A DNA stretch of 32,000 nucleotides from Candidatus Saccharimonadota bacterium (GTDB lineage: Bacteria; Pseudomonadota; Gammaproteobacteria; Burkholderiales; Burkholderiaceae). The stretch spans positions 180,001 through 212,000 of the forward strand of contig NZ_AP023215.1 in assembly GCF_016593155.1 (NCBI RefSeq), written 5' to 3'. Under the pieces are notes generated by a model. It was not told the origin of the DNA. It ran no database searches and worked only from the letters and a program-made list of their open reading frames with translations. Positions 30,218 to 32,000 of the stretch are shown piece after piece. The position numbers and the translations under genes were made by a program. Positions within the stretch are counted from its first letter, which is position 1, and the number at the start of each line of letters is the position of its first letter.

Positions 30218-31213
30218 ATGAATACCATAAATTTAATATATAATAAACGAAAAATATCTATTGCTCCAATGATGAATTTAACTGATCGTCATTGTCGTAT
30301 GTTTCATAGACAAATTACACGATATACTTGGTTATATACAGAAATGTTTACAACTCAAGCTATATTAAAAGGAAATAAAAAAAATTTCCTAGACTTTAAT
30401 ATAGAAGAACATCCAATTGCTTTTCAATTAGGTGATAATGAACCAAAGAAATTAGCAAAAAGCTCAAAAATTATTCAAAAATGGGGATATGATGAAATTA
30501 ATTTAAATTGCGGCTGCCCTTCAGATCGAGTACAAAACGGTTTTTTTGGTGCGATTTTAATGACAAAACCATTATTAGTTTCTGATTGTATTAAAGCAAT
30601 ACGTGATTCTGTTGAAATTGATGTAACAGTTAAACATCGTATTGGTATAGATAATATCAATTCTTATGATTTTGTCAGGGATTTTGTGGGTACCGTTGCT
30701 TCCGCTGGATGTCGCACATTTATTGTTCATGCTAGAAATGCATTTTTAAAAAAACTTAACCCTAAACAAAATAGAAAAATCCCAATCTTAAAATACAATT
30801 TTGTTTATAATTTAAAAAAAGATTTTCCTGAATTAGAAATAATTATTAATGGAGGAATTAAAACAAAAAAAGAAATTGACTTGCACTTAAATCATATTGA
30901 TGGTGTTATGTTAGGAAGGGAGGCTTATAATAATCCATTTTTAATGTCAAATTTTGATTTAAATTACTATTCAAATTTGCCGCAATATAAAATACCTACA
31001 CGTATTGATATCATAAATCGTATGATATTATACATTCGTCAACAACTAAATAACAATAAAAATCTACATATTAATAGTATAACTAGACATATGCTTGGAT
31101 TAATGAAAAATATAAAAGGTTCTCGAAAATTTAGACAAATTTTATCAAAACCAAATTTATTAACTATTGATAATTTTCAATTATTTTTAAATACTCTTAA
31201 TATACCTAAGTAA
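30218..31213 (+). CDS. dusA: tRNA-dihydrouridine(20/20a) synthase
   Basis: 331 aa. It carries SIAPMMNLTDRHCR, NLNCGCPS (catalytic Cys), VKHRIG and VHARNA.L.KLNPKQNR, which are characteristic of DusA. Confidence 0.92.
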   Translation: MNTINLIYNKRKISIAPMMNLTDRHCRMFHRQITRYTWLYTEMFTTQAILKGNKKNFLDFNIEEHPIAFQLGDNEPKKLAKSSKIIQKWGYDEINLNCGCPSDRVQNGFFGAILMTKPLLVSDCIKAIRDSVEIDVTVKHRIGIDNINSYDFVRDFVGTVASAGCRTFIVHARNAFLKKLNPKQNRKIPILKYNFVYNLKKDFPELEIIINGGIKTKKEIDLHLNHIDGVMLGREAYNNPFLMSNFDLNYYSNLPQYKIPTRIDIINRMILYIRQQLNNNKNLHINSITRHMLGLMKNIKGSRKFRQILSKPNLLTIDNFQLFLNTLNIPK

Positions 31214-31241
31214 TTTTATAAATCATTCATTTAAAACAATA

Positions 31242-32000
31242 ATGTACAATAAATTTATTTCTCCTACTAAAGAAATCATTTCTGAATTAAAGATGGGAAA
31301 TATGATTATTCTAGTAGATGCGGAGAATCGTGAAAACGAAGGAGATATTATGTTATCTTCTGATTTTGTAACACCAAATGCTATTAATTTTATGGCTAAA
31401 TATGCAAGAGGTTTGATTTGTATGACATTAACAGAAGAACATTGTATTCAACTTAAATTAGATATGATGACAAAAAAAAATAATTCTTCTTTTGGTACTA
31501 ATTTTACCGTTTCAATTGAAGCGGCAAATGAAGTTACAACCGGAATTTCGGCATCAGATCGCGCACATACAATCAAAATTGCTTCATCAAAAAAAGCCAA
31601 ACCTTCTGATATCGTCCAACCTGGACACATTTTTCCTTTGCGGGCTAAAAAAGGAGGGGTATTAGTACGAGGAGGGCACACTGAAGCTGGTTGTGATTTA
31701 ACAAAATTAGCGGGATTAACACCATCCGCGGTGATTTGTGAAATTTTAAATGATGATGGCACAATGGCGCGCTTACCAAATCTAATAAAATTCTCTAAAT
31801 TTCATAACATTAAAATTGGTACTATTTCTGATTTAATATGCTATCGCTATCAATATGAAAATATTATTAAACGAAAAGCAGAATATAATATAAATACTTT
31901 ATATGGAAAATTTAAAGTCATTATATATTTAGATAAAATAAATAATGATATTCATTTAACTTTAATACACGGTTCAATTACTTCAAATAAAGCAATACCA
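31242..32000 (+). CDS. ribBA: Bifunctional 3,4-dihydroxy-2-butanone-4-phosphate synthase / GTP cyclohydrolase II-like protein (5' part; runs off window)
   Basis: This ORF is absent from the track because it has no stop in the window. From ATG 31242 it stays open for 253 codons to base 32000. Motifs present: VDAENRENEGD, GLICM, TVSIEA, TGISASDR, PGHIFPL and GGVLVRGGHTEAGCDL. It then continues past the DHBPS domain into ..LYGKFKVIIYLDKINNDIHLTLIHG (start of the GCH-II fold). Confidence 0.92.
   Translation, partial: MYNKFISPTKEIISELKMGNMIILVDAENRENEGDIMLSSDFVTPNAINFMAKYARGLICMTLTEEHCIQLKLDMMTKKNNSSFGTNFTVSIEAANEVTTGISASDRAHTIKIASSKKAKPSDIVQPGHIFPLRAKKGGVLVRGGHTEAGCDLTKLAGLTPSAVICEILNDDGTMARLPNLIKFSKFHNIKIGTISDLICYRYQYENIIKRKAEYNINTLYGKFKVIIYLDKINNDIHLTLIHGSITSNKAIP

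Noticed and set aside
30475-30660. 61-aa ORF antisense to dusA.
   Set aside because: It lies opposite the conserved catalytic NLNCGCPS region of dusA and is a shadow ORF.
31214-31241. Possible FMN riboswitch upstream of ribBA.
   Set aside because: Only 28 nt separate the dusA stop from the ribBA ATG. That is far too short for an RFN element, and no conserved RFN sequence is visible.
31448-31762. 104-aa minus-strand ORF, the only track ORF after 31213.
   Set aside because: The plus strand carries an unmistakable ribB/ribBA reading frame from 31242 to the window end. That frame is missing from the track only because it has no stop in the window. The minus ORF is its antisense shadow across the GC-richer active-site region.
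1-32000. Search for CRISPR arrays, IS elements/transposases/integrases, prophage, toxin-antitoxin, restriction-modification or other defence modules, secretion systems and rRNA genes.
   Set aside because: None found. Every ORF of at least 60 codons is a housekeeping gene, a fragment of the two pseudogene islands or a shadow ORF. No spaced direct-repeat arrays or terminal inverted repeats were seen.
1-32000. Alternative genetic code (UGA=Trp), as in some tiny betaproteobacterial symbionts.
   Set aside because: All conserved genes are full length under the standard code. Conserved Trp positions use TGG (for example GW in DksA and WR/WS in SecA). The broken genes are interrupted mainly by TAA/TAG and frameshifts, not only by TGA.

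Overview
This is an extremely AT-rich, gene-dense chromosome segment (by eye about one-fifth G+C; not computed). It comes from a genome-reduced bacterium, most plausibly an obligate endosymbiont. Several protein signatures suggest Betaproteobacteria/Burkholderiales ancestry, though this is inference, not a database result. These are a 69-aa RpoZ ending MLKKVPY, an HslV with a short pre-Thr propeptide, and the rpsT<>murJ, gmk-rpoZ and dksA-hslVU neighbourhoods. I can support 25 complete CDS and 1 partial CDS, all housekeeping. In order they are a BolA-family protein, folD, holC, a LysE/RhtB exporter, metG, gltX, secA, mnmA, htpG, rpsT, murJ, rsmH, a BioC-like methyltransferase, a HIT protein, a Nif3-like protein, hslU, hslV, dksA, ligA, grxD, ppa, rpoZ, gmk, hemW, dusA and ribBA (runs off the window). 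There are also tRNA-Glu(UUC) and tRNA-Arg(CCU). The two long stretches without ORFs are not empty. Hand translation shows that 10.1-12.4 kb is a decayed Opp/Dpp-type ABC peptide importer (one permease and two ATPases). It also shows that 26.3-28.0 kb is a decayed hemC-hemD pair sitting next to an intact hemW. I found no mobile elements, CRISPR, phage, defence, toxin or secretion modules, and no convincing novel multi-gene system. The points worth a second look are active gene erosion (in-frame stops, frameshifts and a 17-bp tandem duplication), a DksA missing 3 of its 4 zinc-finger cysteines, a SecA without its C-terminal tail, an rsmH orphaned from the dcw cluster, an ambiguous hslV start, and rare GC-rich hairpins in otherwise AT-only spacers.
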